A stretch of DNA of 32,000 nt. It comes from Pirellula staleyi DSM 6068. Lineage in GTDB: Bacteria > Planctomycetota > Planctomycetia > Pirellulales > Pirellulaceae. Location of the stretch: contig CP001848.1 in NCBI GenBank assembly GCA_000025185.1, positions 2,430,001 through 2,462,000 of the forward strand. Direction: 5' to 3'. The translations under genes were made by a program, and so were the position numbers. The notes under the pieces are model-generated. The model was not told the origin of the DNA. It saw nothing but the letters and a program-made list of their open reading frames with translations, and did no database searches. Every line of letters starts with the position of its first letter. Positions within the stretch are counted from its first letter, which is position 1. Positions 31,691 to 32,000 of this stretch are shown here, one piece after another.

Positions 31691-32000
31691 TCATTCTTCG
31701 GGCCGCTGAGCGGTACAAGTTGTGTAGGCGCTAGGTCTTACCGACTTCTGCAGGCATTTCTTTCGCCCCGGAATGAATCGAGCTAGCTGCATACTTTCTA
31801 CAGCCTGCCGGGCCAGCTATACTTCCCACTTGCCCGAGAACGGACGTGTGGAATCGCTCGGCCCCCACTGCCGTTATCGCCTGGTTGCGTCCGGGATTAG
31901 TGACACTCGCCACTGCCCCGCTGCGATCGCTATAACGCCGCAAACGGGGCATTCTCTCCCGCCAATCCACGCACACTCTTCTCGTGCGATCATGGTTGAA

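Noticed and set aside
31731-32000. 81-aa minus-strand ORF 31731..31976, and an ATG at 31992 at the window edge
   Set aside because: The 81-aa ORF has no motif, poor start context and an odd composition. The ATG at 31992 has only three codons inside the window. Neither can be supported.
1-32000. CRISPR arrays, rRNA or tRNA genes, IS elements, toxin-antitoxin pairs, and known defence systems (RM, CBASS, retron, Abi etc.)
   Set aside because: Scanning by eye found no regularly spaced direct repeats, no terminal inverted repeats with a transposase, and no characteristic small adjacent gene pairs or nuclease/ATPase combinations. The only nuclease-fold protein (EEP) carries a signal peptide and looks like a secreted nutrient-scavenging enzyme.

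Overview
This looks like an ordinary chromosomal region, most likely from a Planctomycetota (Pirellulales-type) genome. The taxonomic call is inference from several hallmarks. These are a giant secreted protein with an N-terminal '...RRALLERLEDRSMMA' motif plus dockerin-type repeats, a PVC-type dehydrogenase/heme-binding (CxxCH) giant protein, a TAT-signal Gfo/Idh/MocA oxidoreductase, a BlaI/BlaR1 pair and a mitochondrial-like EF-G.

I support 19 protein-coding genes:
- M19 dipeptidase (5' partial)
- HExxH/dockerin secreted protein
- Ala-rich repeat lipoprotein
- class I/II aminotransferase
- low-GC orphan membrane protein
- fusA
- secreted alpha/beta hydrolase
- Zn-dependent MDR dehydrogenase
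- blaI-like repressor
- blaR1-like M56 protease
- secreted EEP nuclease/phosphatase
- stand-alone CaMKII-hub-like protein
- GH100/GDE_C-like glycosidase
- SLC13 permease with two TrkA_C domains
- Gfo/Idh/MocA oxidoreductase
- D-aminoacylase
- PVC-type dehydrogenase
- mfd
- SurA/parvulin-like PPIase

I also support three clear intrinsic terminators, one consensus-like promoter with an embedded repeat operator, and one in-frame 15-nt tandem repeat. I recognised no rRNA, tRNA, CRISPR array, transposase, integrase or known defence gene.

I did not find a convincing novel multi-gene system. The best leads are:
1. A eukaryote-like CaMKII association-domain protein standing alone.
2. An autoregulated-looking BlaI/BlaR1 module whose sensor domain is replaced by an extreme Arg/Glu/Asp/Pro polyampholyte repeat.
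3. A low-GC islet with an orphan five-TM protein, followed by a G-rich non-coding block, between the aminotransferase and fusA.
4. A mitochondrial-type EF-G outside any str operon, behind an ~830-bp structured leader.

All homology statements rest on motif recognition and memory, not on searches. The many long antisense ORFs in the track are treated as high-GC shadow ORFs.
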